A stretch of DNA of 64,000 bases, taken from NCBI GenBank assembly GCA_020248405.1, contig JADCHQ010000015.1:14643-78642 (forward strand), read 5' to 3'. Each line of letters starts with the position of its first letter. Position 1 is the first letter of the stretch. The position numbers and the translations under genes were made by a program. Under the pieces are notes generated by a model. The model was given only the letters and a program-made list of their open reading frames with translations, ran no database searches and was not told where the DNA came from. Positions 21,056 through 29,367 of the stretch are shown here, in pieces. Source of the DNA: Rhodocyclaceae bacterium. GTDB lineage: Bacteria; Pseudomonadota; Gammaproteobacteria; Burkholderiales; Ga0077523.

Positions 21056-22786
21056 TCAGTCCACCGCGAAGACCATCAGACCGCCACCCTTGGACTGCTT
21101 CTTGTACCAGTCACCGTAGTGCAGGGGCCAGATACCGCCGCCGCCCGCGCCGTACACGATGGCGACGTACTGCTTGCCGCCGGCCGTGTAGGTGGTGGGG
21201 TTGCCGTAGATGCCGGAACCCGTCTGGAACTGCCACAGGGCTTCGCCCGTCTCGTCATTCACGGCGTTGAAATACCCTTCCGGGTCGCCGTAAAACACGA
21301 GGCCGCCGCCGGTGGCGAGCATGCCGCCAGTCGCGGGGTAGGACATGGACTTCGCCCAGACCAGCTTGCCCGTGGCGGCATCAAACGCCTTCACTGCACC
21401 AGCACCGGCGTTGAAGTTCAGCACCTTGGCACCGAGGTACCATTCGCCGCGCTTCCACTCCATCTTCTTGGCTTGGAGGTCCATGGCGAAGTCATACACC
21501 GGCACGTAGACCATCTTCGTGCGGTGGCTGTACGCCATCGGGTGCCATTCCTTGCCGCCGTCCAGCGAGGGCGCGATGTCGGTGGTGACCTTGTCGTACA
21601 CCACGTCTTTCTCGGGCCAGTTGTAGATCGGCTTGCAGTTGTTGGCAGTGGTGATGGGCTTGGTCCAGTTCACACGCTGGAGGGCGGTGACCCAGACGCA
21701 CTTGTGCTCGTTGCCATACTTCGTCTTGACCGTGTTGACGCGGTCAATGCCGTAAATATGTCCATTACGCGAGCCGTGCAGCCACATCTTCTTGCCGCCC
21801 AGGTCGACCAGGATCATTTCGTTCACGCCGTCGTAATCGTACGGATCGTTAGGCGTGTAGTTGAAATAGCTCTTGATCTTGCCCGTGTCCGGATCCAGCA
21901 CGAGGTTGCTGTTGGTGAACAGGTTATCACCAAGACGCACGTGACGGTCGAAGTCGGGACCAGGGTTGCCCACCGGCCAGTACAGCGTGTTGGACTCCTT
22001 GTCGTAGGAGCCGGTGATCCACGCGGAACCGCCGCCATACTTCCAGGACTCGCCAGCCCAGGTCTCGTTGCCGGGCTCGCCGGGGCCGGGGATGGTGTAG
22101 GTCTTCCACACCGGAGCGCCCGTGTCGGCGTCCACGGCCGCGATCCAGCCGCGCACGCCATACTCGGCACCAGCGGTACCGAAGATGATCTTGTTACGCA
22201 GGGCCATCGGCATGATGGTGAAGGTCTCGGCGTAGGTGTAATCACCCATCTTCTTGTCCCAGACCACCTTGCCGGTCTGGTTGTCGAGAGCCACGATGTG
22301 GGCGTCAAGAGAGGCCAGATAGACCTTGTTCTTGTACACCGCGACACCACGGTTCACCACGTCGCAGCACAGCTTGGGGAACACGTCGCCGGGCAGCTCG
22401 CGCTCGTACTTCCAGATCACCTTGCCCGTGGCAGCCTCAACCGCGAACACCTTGTTGTAGGACGAGGTGACGTAGATGGTGCCGTTGACCACGACAGCCT
22501 GGCTGTCCTGACCGTCTAGCACGCCGAAGGACAGGTTCCAGACCGGCTTCAGGGTCTTGACGTTGGACTGGTTAACCTGCTGCAGCGGGCTGTAGCGGGT
22601 AGTCTGGTAGTCACGACCGTAGAGGAGCCAGTTGCTGGCGTCCTTGTCGGCGTTGAGCAGCATGTCGTCGGTGACGTAGTTCGGATAGAGCTTTGCAACC
22701 GCCTCTTCCAGACCCGTCGCGTACGCGCCGCTTGAGGCGACTGCGAACGCCGCGACTGCTGCCGCGTACTTGATCTGCTTCACCAT
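21056..22786 (-). CDS. xoxF: PQQ-dependent methanol/ethanol-family dehydrogenase, lanthanide-type (XoxF-like)
   Basis: Signal peptide, vicinal Cys pair in KLCCDVVNRG, a Trp-rich eight-bladed propeller pattern, and DYDGVNEM (a second Asp two residues after the catalytic Asp). ATG 22786 is preceded by GGGAGG. No small-subunit gene is nearby. Confidence 0.85.
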   Translation of the reverse strand: MVKQIKYAAAVAAFAVASSGAYATGLEEAVAKLYPNYVTDDMLLNADKDASNWLLYGRDYQTTRYSPLQQVNQSNVKTLKPVWNLSFGVLDGQDSQAVVVNGTIYVTSSYNKVFAVEAATGKVIWKYERELPGDVFPKLCCDVVNRGVAVYKNKVYLASLDAHIVALDNQTGKVVWDKKMGDYTYAETFTIMPMALRNKIIFGTAGAEYGVRGWIAAVDADTGAPVWKTYTIPGPGEPGNETWAGESWKYGGGSAWITGSYDKESNTLYWPVGNPGPDFDRHVRLGDNLFTNSNLVLDPDTGKIKSYFNYTPNDPYDYDGVNEMILVDLGGKKMWLHGSRNGHIYGIDRVNTVKTKYGNEHKCVWVTALQRVNWTKPITTANNCKPIYNWPEKDVVYDKVTTDIAPSLDGGKEWHPMAYSHRTKMVYVPVYDFAMDLQAKKMEWKRGEWYLGAKVLNFNAGAGAVKAFDAATGKLVWAKSMSYPATGGMLATGGGLVFYGDPEGYFNAVNDETGEALWQFQTGSGIYGNPTTYTAGGKQYVAIVYGAGGGGIWPLHYGDWYKKQSKGGGLMVFAVD

Positions 22787-22920
22787 GAAAATACCTCCCG
22801 AGTAACCGCCCGCTTCTTTCGTTGGGCGGGTTGTGTTGAGAGCGTCGCAAGGAGATAACACCTCTCAGAGCGCGCCCGCATCGCGTACACCACACCAATA
22901 CCCCGGTGCAGCGCTCCGAG

Positions 22921-22949
22921 ACGGTAAGGGAAGGGTCAACCCTTGTCAA
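22921..22949 (-). promoter_or_regulatory. Candidate sigma70 promoter of xoxF
   Basis: Minus strand reads TTGACA, a 17-nt spacer, then TACCGT, about 135 nt upstream of the xoxF ATG. The spacer contains the palindrome AAGGGT-CA-ACCCTT. Confidence 0.35.
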
Positions 22950-23089
22950 CGCTGCTGCGCGAATCAGCGCTGGTCAAGAATGCCTCTATTGCGGCGCACA
23001 AACAAACCGTCGTCCTGGCACCCACTTTTCACACCTTTTTCGGGTTGGACAGCCCAGGTTTGTCGAGGGCTGGTGGGGCGGTTCAGCAG

Positions 23090-24295
23090 TCAGCCCAGGC
23101 GAACCAGAAGGGCGGAGGCATCGTCGACCCGGGTAGCGACTCCTAGATGGGCCGTGAGTGCTGCCCGCAAGCTCGCCATGCGGGATCCAGGAGCAACACC
23201 CCGGATGGCAGCCAGCGCGCGATCAGTGCCGAAGGCGCCGCTGCTCTCGCCTGCCGCTTCGAGAACGCCGTCCGAGAAAACCGCCAGCGTGCCGCCGCGC
23301 TCCCCGGCGAATGGCTGGGTGGTGGCGTCGAACTGGTGCTGGGACGCAATGCCGAGGGGCAGATGCCTCGAAACCAGCGCCGAGCGTGCCCGCCCCTCGC
23401 CATCGAGCAGGAACAGCGGCGGCATGCCCCCGTTCCAGGCCTCGCCGGAGAGCGAATCTGGCGAGAGCCTCAGCAGCACTGCTGCGATGCAGCGCCCTGC
23501 GGGCATGAGATCCTTCAATCGAGCGTTCATCTCTGAAACGATCTCCGGCACGGGCAAGCCCTTCTTGGCCATGCCGTAGAACACCTGCAGCGCCGGGATC
23601 AGGCTCACGGAGGCCGTCAGGCCGTGGCCCGTTGCATCGGCGAGCAGCGCATAGAGCGCTCCGTCCGGTGCCCGGGCTGCCGCCACCACATCGCCGCTGA
23701 AGCGCTGGGACGGCAGCACGCTCCACTCCAGCACCGGGTCGTTGACACCCTCGCGAAGCACGATGTTGGCAATCAGGTCCTGAGCAAGCTCCTGCTCGGC
23801 CGCCTCCTCCTCCTGCGCTGAACGCAGCGCCGCCGCCTGGTGCCGCAACTCCCTCTGCAGGGCAGCAACACGCGCCATGGATCGCATCTTGGCCCTGAGG
23901 ATTGCGAGATTCACGGGCTTGGCAATGAAATCGTCACCACCGGCGTCCAGGGCCCGGACCGCGTCATCCTCGGTATCCAGGGCCGAGACGAAGATCACAG
24001 GAATCCAAGGGTGCCCGACGCTTTGCTCGCGGATGCGTCGCACCGTTTCCAGGCCGTCGAGCTCCGGCATCATGACGTCCATCACCACGAGATCCGGGGA
24101 CGCTTCCGACATGCGCTTGAGGGCCTCCACACCGTTGGTGGCCACCAGTACTTCGTAGCCCTCGCGCGCCAGGAAGCCACGCAACAGCGCCAGCACCGCA
24201 GGGGAGTCGTCCACCACCAGCACTGTCATCCGGCCAGAGGAATCATGGCGGCCCTCCACTGGCGCAGGGGCCATGCCGGAAGAAGAGAAATTCAT
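23090..24295 (-). CDS. Response regulator with PP2C/SpoIIE serine phosphatase output (RsbU-like)
   Basis: REC domain (VLVVDDSPAVL...DLVVMDVMMPELDG...KP), a coiled linker, then SpoIIE motifs (FSGDVV, ADATGHG, FSDGV). Start re-picked at ATG 24295, which overlaps the upstream stop as ATGA. Confidence 0.9.
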   Translation of the reverse strand: MNFSSSGMAPAPVEGRHDSSGRMTVLVVDDSPAVLALLRGFLAREGYEVLVATNGVEALKRMSEASPDLVVMDVMMPELDGLETVRRIREQSVGHPWIPVIFVSALDTEDDAVRALDAGGDDFIAKPVNLAILRAKMRSMARVAALQRELRHQAAALRSAQEEEAAEQELAQDLIANIVLREGVNDPVLEWSVLPSQRFSGDVVAAARAPDGALYALLADATGHGLTASVSLIPALQVFYGMAKKGLPVPEIVSEMNARLKDLMPAGRCIAAVLLRLSPDSLSGEAWNGGMPPLFLLDGEGRARSALVSRHLPLGIASQHQFDATTQPFAGERGGTLAVFSDGVLEAAGESSGAFGTDRALAAIRGVAPGSRMASLRAALTAHLGVATRVDDASALLVRLG

Positions 24296-24864
24296 GGGGT
24301 TGGCCCTCCTCGCGGATCGATCATCGGCTTCATCTGTACCACCACCCGGGCGATGTTGCCCGCGCTGAGATACTCCAGGTTTGGAAAGGCCAGCTGTCGC
24401 ACCAATGCGATGCCGCGACCGTTGGGTTCCTCCGCCCGGACCGGATCGAAGTTGCAGTACTGCTCCCAGTCGAAACCCGGACCGTCGTCCCGTATCACCA
24501 GAACGAGTTCGCAGCCCTCGCGGCGCAGTTCCACACGCACGCGCTTTGCAGCGTTTTCCGGGAGCAACAGGCGGCGCCGCACCTCCTCTTCCCACACGCC
24601 CTGCCGCAGCAACTCCGATTTCTCGGAGGTGGATATCTGCAGGTTGCCGTGTTCCACCGCATTGACCATCAGTTCCGCCAGTCCGAGCGCTGCCGTCACG
24701 GGATCGGGGAACTGCCGGGCGAGGCTCGCGGCCAGGTGCCGCGCCTCGTCGAGGGTGCGCAACTCAAACCACCCCTCGCGACGGATAGGAAGCCCGCTGC
24801 CCTCCGCCCCGTAGAACCCCTCGCTATGGACAGCCAGCACTGCCCCGGCACCGATAACTCCCAT
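24292..24864 (-). CDS. RsbW-like anti-sigma-factor serine kinase (HATPase_c_2). The start is uncertain.
   Basis: The kinase core is LGLAELMVNAVEHGN...VIRDDGPGFD...GRGIALV. Third-position GC is about 85-95 percent up to about 24780 and falls to 60-75 percent upstream. Possible starts are ATG 24864, 24951 and 25236. Confidence 0.75.
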   Translation of the reverse strand: MGVIGAGAVLAVHSEGFYGAEGSGLPIRREGWFELRTLDEARHLAASLARQFPDPVTAALGLAELMVNAVEHGNLQISTSEKSELLRQGVWEEEVRRRLLLPENAAKRVRVELRREGCELVLVIRDDGPGFDWEQYCNFDPVRAEEPNGRGIALVRQLAFPNLEYLSAGNIARVVVQMKPMIDPRGGPTP

Positions 24865-25380
24865 GCCGCCCCAGGCAAAGCCTGTCACCGCATGGCCTGC
24901 ATGGGGGGGAAAGGCCGCGAGAGGCGGGGCCACCCAAAAGGCCTGGCGCATGGATGCCGAAGGCCAAAGTGACCAGCGGGACAAGATTTCGCGCAGCCAT
25001 TGCACCGCGCCCCCGCCTGACAAGGACCCGTCGACAGGGCGCGGACACTCGCCGCCCGCAACGCGCTCTTGGAGCACTTGTTTCCAGGCCGTGCCTCTGC
25101 CTACCACGGAATGCTCGGAAGACCTCCCCCCAATCGTCCCTGACCGCCCGTCCACCTCGAGCGAAAGCGGTGTTGCCGCCCTCACCGCCCACGCCTCTTT
25201 CGGTTGCGGCTGCCCATTGCGTGCGCCAAAGGCCAAACGCGGGCATGCCGAGGCAGCGCCGTGCTGGCATCATTGATTGCCCGTCCCGCCATCGGTGCGA
25301 CGTCCCGGCTGCGATAATTCCGTGTGCGGACGAGTGCGCAAGACGCGCCCCCCCCGCCGAACGAGGGAAGAAGGAAACCC

Positions 25381-25899
25381 ATGATTCCGGAGGACTCCGT
25401 GAAACGATTGTCAGTAACCAGCATTACGTCCTCTGGACGCCGATCTTTACCCCGCCGAGCGGTGGTGGCAGCTCTGGTTGCGCTTCTGGCTGGCGCTGCG
25501 AATGCCGTTACGGTGGCCCGGGCCGACCCGCTGCTCACCTATCCCTTGAAGATCCGCGGCCATGAATTGCGCGTGGAAGTGGCCAACAACGACGAGACGC
25601 GGCGCACGGGATTGATGTTCCGCCGATCGCTGGCGGAGAACTCCGGGATGCTGTTCGTCTACGAGGCACCCGGGCGACACGCCATGTGGATGAAGAACAC
25701 CCTGGTGCCGCTATCCGTGGCCTTCATGGACCGCGATGGGCGGATCCTGAACATCGAGGACATGGAGCCGCTTACCTTGACGGCGCACGCCTCGGCAGGC
25801 GAGGCATGGTACTCACTGGAAACGAATCGCGGCTGGTTCGCCCAGCGCGGCATCGGGGCAGGAGAAAGGGTGCAAGGCCTCAAGGCCATACCCCGCTGA
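25381..25899 (+). CDS. DUF192 domain-containing exported protein
   Basis: ELRVEVANNDETRRTGLMFRRSL...GMLFVY...MWMKNTLVPLSVAFMD matches my memory of DUF192. ATG 25381 is preceded by GAAGAAGGAAA. Confidence 0.8.
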   Translation: MIPEDSVKRLSVTSITSSGRRSLPRRAVVAALVALLAGAANAVTVARADPLLTYPLKIRGHELRVEVANNDETRRTGLMFRRSLAENSGMLFVYEAPGRHAMWMKNTLVPLSVAFMDRDGRILNIEDMEPLTLTAHASAGEAWYSLETNRGWFAQRGIGAGERVQGLKAIPR

Positions 25900-25973
25900 A
25901 TCCTGCCCCGGCGAAGACCGGTACTGCCGGGGCCGCCGCGCGCGGCCCCTTGACCAAGCCTGGCGCTCGCCCG

Positions 25974-26555
25974 TCAGGCGAAATTGGCTTCCGCGAACGC
26001 CCAATTCACGAGACTGTTGAGGAAGGTCTCCACGAACTTCGGCCGGGCATTGCGAAAATCGATGTAGTAGGCGTGTTCCCAGACATCCAGGGTAAGCAAC
26101 GCCTTGTCGCCGCCACCGAGGGGCGTGCCCGCGTTGCTGGTGTTCACGATGTCCACGCTGCCGTCCGCCTTTTTCACCAGCCAGGTCCAGCCTGAGCCGA
26201 AATTACCCACAGCGCTCTTGGCGAAGGCTTCCTTGAATGCCGCATACGAACCCCACTTGGCAACGATGGCTGCCGCCAGCGCACCGCCAGGCTCGCCGCC
26301 CCCACCGGGCTTCATGCTGTTCCAGAAAAAGGTGTGGTTCCACACCTGGGCAGCGTTGTTGAAGATACCGCCAGAGGACTTGCGGACGATGTCCTCGAGG
26401 CTCAGTTCCTCGAACTCCGTACCCTTGATCAGGTTGTTGAGGTTCGTGACATAGGCCTGATGATGCTTGCCGTAGTGGAACTCGAAGGTTTCCTGGGAGA
26501 TGTGCGGCGCGAGGGCACTCATCGCGTAAGGCAGCGGGGGCAGTGCGTGTTGCAT
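25974..26555 (-). CDS. sodB: Superoxide dismutase [Fe]
   Basis: The motifs [32 protein letters not shown] and [13 protein letters not shown]. Confidence 0.95.
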   Translation of the reverse strand: MQHALPPLPYAMSALAPHISQETFEFHYGKHHQAYVTNLNNLIKGTEFEELSLEDIVRKSSGGIFNNAAQVWNHTFFWNSMKPGGGGEPGGALAAAIVAKWGSYAAFKEAFAKSAVGNFGSGWTWLVKKADGSVDIVNTSNAGTPLGGGDKALLTLDVWEHAYYIDFRNARPKFVETFLNSLVNWAFAEANFA

Positions 26556-26588
26556 GGGATGCTCCAGGACAGGTTTCGGGGAGGGCGG

Positions 26589-26594
26589 ATTCTA
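26589..26594 (-). promoter_or_regulatory. Candidate -10 element (TAGAAT) of sodB
   Basis: Minus strand reads TTTGCC, a 17-nt spacer, then TAGAAT, ending 33 nt upstream of the sodB ATG. Confidence 0.45.
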
Positions 26595-26651
26595 GCCAAC
26601 TCCCCGCGGCCGGCAAACGGCGGCGCCGCCGCGTCCCGCGACGGCAAGGAC

Positions 26652-27674
26652 TCAACGATAGTCGGCCGACACCCCAGGGCGCGGACGCAGCGACGTGGTG
26701 GATGCCCTGCCACCGGCCTCCACAACCGCGATGGCCTTGGCCTGGTTCATGTCCGCGGCGTAGCCAGTGGCGTGCAGGCAGCAGGCGAACTGGTTGACCA
26801 ACGGATGCGGCAGGAGCGCGTCGCCTGCCAGTCCGCGCCGTATCCAGGATGCAGTGGCTGCCGCGTCCACGGCCGCCGGCAGGCCCGGGACTGGCTTGTC
26901 GGGGCCGCGCTCGGCCTCGAACAGGCGCACCCGTGTGGCATCGGTGATCCAGTCGATGGCCGGACGGTGCAACGGGTGGCACACGGGCTCACCCTCGCAA
27001 CTAGCCAGCAGCAGAGCATTACCGCCTCCAGCAAGCAGCGTCTCGGCCAGACGCTCCCGGCGAGCCGCGGAAGACGCGCCCACCACCAGGACCGCGTCCC
27101 CGAAGGGATCCAGTAGCTTAGCCGCAAGGTGCCCCATGGAACGCATCCCAAGCCGGTTCTTGAGGGCGAGCACTTGCGCCAGCCCGGGGGACAGGACCCC
27201 CGTGGGTACGAATGCAAGGTGATCAGCGTGCAGTGCCTCGCGAGCCGCCCGTACCGAGGCACAAGGCATGACGCCGAGTTCGCGCAGAACGTAGGCCGCC
27301 GCCACCCGGCCACCGCCTTCGAGCGTTCCGTGCACCAGCACCGGCACGTTGAGACGTTGCAGCAACATGGCGAGCAACGGCAGCAGGTTGGGCCACTCGC
27401 GCGCTCCGCCATAGGCTGGCAGCACCACGGGCCGCCGCCCTTCCTCCAGCGGTTCCATGGGAAACGTGCGGCTGGCGAGAGCGCGGCGAAACCCCATCAA
27501 GTGGGCCGCTGTTTCACCCCGCATCCACAGCGCCGCGAGCAAAGCGCCCAACTCCAGGTCAGGCACCCCGCCATCGAGCATGGCAGCGAAGAGATCGTGA
27601 GCGTCCGCCTCATCCAGAGCAGCCGACGAATCCATGCTTCCCGCAAGGGTTTTCAGGTAACGAACGAAGGGCAT
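26652..27674 (-). CDS. ybiB: YbiB-like protein (anthranilate phosphoribosyltransferase / glycosyl transferase family 3 fold)
   Basis: LFAAMLDGGVPDLELGALLAALWMRGETAAHLMGF resembles the YbiB/TrpD2 N-terminus. Start re-picked at ATG 27674 (MPFVRYLKTL). The 166 upstream codons of the longest ORF are Arg/Gly-rich junk. Confidence 0.8.
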   Translation of the reverse strand: MPFVRYLKTLAGSMDSSAALDEADAHDLFAAMLDGGVPDLELGALLAALWMRGETAAHLMGFRRALASRTFPMEPLEEGRRPVVLPAYGGAREWPNLLPLLAMLLQRLNVPVLVHGTLEGGGRVAAAYVLRELGVMPCASVRAAREALHADHLAFVPTGVLSPGLAQVLALKNRLGMRSMGHLAAKLLDPFGDAVLVVGASSAARRERLAETLLAGGGNALLLASCEGEPVCHPLHRPAIDWITDATRVRLFEAERGPDKPVPGLPAAVDAAATASWIRRGLAGDALLPHPLVNQFACCLHATGYAADMNQAKAIAVVEAGGRASTTSLRPRPGVSADYR

Positions 27675-27913
27675 GGCATCTCGAGAGCCCGCCGTGCCGG
27701 GCGGGGGGCGTTCAACGGATCGTGTTATCGGCTGCTGCATGGGCCCAAGGGCCACAGGCGCAGCCTGTTGTTGGCCAACTCCCAGCAAGCCCGGTGCCAG
27801 CCGGAGGAGATGAGCTACCCGAAGCACGGCGGAGGGGTTTGAGTGGCCCGGGCGGCCACGGACTGGTGCAACCGCACGATCGAGCGCCCTGTTTTGGTGC
27901 GCAACCAACCCCT

Positions 27914-28894
27914 CTAGAGGAGCAGCGCCTCCACCACTGCGCTCCACGCAGCCGCCAGGTTGGCGCGATGGTAGCCGCCGCCGCCGAAGGCCATGAGCCG
28001 GCCACCGCAGAAGTCGTCGGCCAGCCGCCGTAACCGCGCCGCAGCATGGGCGTGCACCGCCGGGGTGTAGCGCAGCGAGGCCAGCGGGTCGCCAGCCAGT
28101 CCGTCCGCGCCGCACTGAAAGACGACGAACTGCGGTTCGAAGCGACGCAGGTGCGCCTCCACCCGATCCCATGCCGCCAGGAAGTGCTCATCGCCCGAAT
28201 CGGGCGCCAGCGCCACGTTGAGCTTGGTGCCGGCGGCCGCGCCGCGTCCGATCTCATGGGCCGCGCCGGTACCCGGGTAGCGGAAGCGGCCATCCTCGTG
28301 GATATCCGCAAAGATGAGGTCGGGATCGTCCTCGAAAGCGTAAAAAACGCCATCGCCGTGATGCACGTCGATGTCCACGTAGGCCACGCGGCGCACCCCG
28401 TACTGGCGTCGCAGTGTCTCGATCACCACCCCAAGGTCGTTGAAAACGCAAAAACCCGCGGCCTGGTCTCGGCCCGCATGATGCAAGCCGCCGATGGGCT
28501 GGAAGGTCCGCGTCACCTCTCCGGCCATCACCCGGGCAAGTCCGTCCAGAGCACAACCCACCACCGTCGCTGAGGCCTCGAACACGCCGGGAAACACCGG
28601 GGTGTCGCCCTGATCCAGATACGTCCTGCCGCTTCGCTCGGCACCCCACACGAACTCCACGTAGGCAGCCGTATGAAAGCGTTCAAGGGCATCGCGCCCA
28701 GCCGGTGCGGCAGGCGGGATGTGGCGCACGCGCTCATCCAGGCCGCGCGCAACCAGGCCCGCGAGAAAGGCGCCCTGTCTATCCATGCCGAAGGGGTGGC
28801 CGCCCGGAAACCCGTAGCGGCCGAGGGCCTCACCGACGATCAGACCCACCGGTCGCCCCAGGGCTGGCGCCGGCAGAGCCCACAGAGCCAGCAT
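27914..28894 (-). CDS. Histone deacetylase family protein (AcuC / acetylpolyamine amidohydrolase-like)
   Basis: The motifs GGLHHAGRDQAAGFCVFND, DIDVHHGDG and GGGGY. The start at ATG 28894 is tentative. Confidence 0.8.
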   Translation of the reverse strand: MLALWALPAPALGRPVGLIVGEALGRYGFPGGHPFGMDRQGAFLAGLVARGLDERVRHIPPAAPAGRDALERFHTAAYVEFVWGAERSGRTYLDQGDTPVFPGVFEASATVVGCALDGLARVMAGEVTRTFQPIGGLHHAGRDQAAGFCVFNDLGVVIETLRRQYGVRRVAYVDIDVHHGDGVFYAFEDDPDLIFADIHEDGRFRYPGTGAAHEIGRGAAAGTKLNVALAPDSGDEHFLAAWDRVEAHLRRFEPQFVVFQCGADGLAGDPLASLRYTPAVHAHAAARLRRLADDFCGGRLMAFGGGGYHRANLAAAWSAVVEALLL

Positions 28895-28931
28895 GCCGGG
28901 CAGCGCCGTGAGACAACGGCGCCGGCCCCGC

Positions 28932-29246
28932 TCAGTCCAGGCTCGCGCCACAGTTCCAGCACAACTCGAAGCCGCCGGGGTTGCATTCGCCGCAGGCACT
29001 GCACGCCCTGTCGGGCCTGCTGGGCGCGCGCTCCCAATCGCGCACCAGCGCCAGCGCCTGCCGGACGTCGCGCTCGCGCTCGATCCACAGTTCCGGCCAT
29101 GTGCTCGTGAAGGGAATTTCCCCCAGACCGCCCTGGGCGTTCTGGTTCAGCACGTGGGCGGGAATGCCCGCGCGATCGAGAATCTCGCGCAGCAGATGGG
29201 CCTCCGGCAGGGATGCGGCAGAACAGAGCCTGAGCATGGACCGCAT
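28932..29246 (-). CDS. DUF2007-like small protein with a C-terminal zinc ribbon
   Basis: LPEAHLLREILDRAGIPAHVLNQN...WPELWIERERDVRQALALV resembles DUF2007. The C-terminus CSACGECNPGGFELCWNCG is a 4-Cys ribbon. Confidence 0.6.
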   Translation of the reverse strand: MRSMLRLCSAASLPEAHLLREILDRAGIPAHVLNQNAQGGLGEIPFTSTWPELWIERERDVRQALALVRDWERAPSRPDRACSACGECNPGGFELCWNCGASLD

Positions 29247-29367
29247 TCTAGGGCGTGTCTGGCTCGCAGGGCCACGCCGCCCCCGATCCGCACCAATCCA
29301 TGAGGGAGCATCTGCGGCTCCGCTCCGGGCGGCCGGACACCGCGTCGCTGCCGACGCCTGTGGATCT

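Noticed and set aside
23016-23030. Sigma54-like motif TGGCAC-N5-TTTCA in the spacer between xoxF and the regulator genes
   Set aside because: It lies on the plus strand and points into the 3' end of the minus-strand phosphatase gene. The -12 element is TC rather than GC. No enhancer-binding protein is nearby.
24863-25276. A plus-strand 137-aa ORF, and a minus-strand 149-aa ORF (24824-25273), in the ambiguous region upstream of the kinase, considered as candidates for the missing STAS partner
   Set aside because: The translations are Pro/Arg/Gly-rich, lack the STAS pattern, and show no better third-position GC than the competing frame.
25906-25949. Overlapping GC-rich hairpins (CCCCGGC...GCCGGGG and GGGGCCGC...GCGGCCCC) between the convergent DUF192 and sodB genes
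   Set aside because: They could plausibly be terminators, but neither strand has a U-tract and the two alternative foldings overlap. I could not support a specific call.
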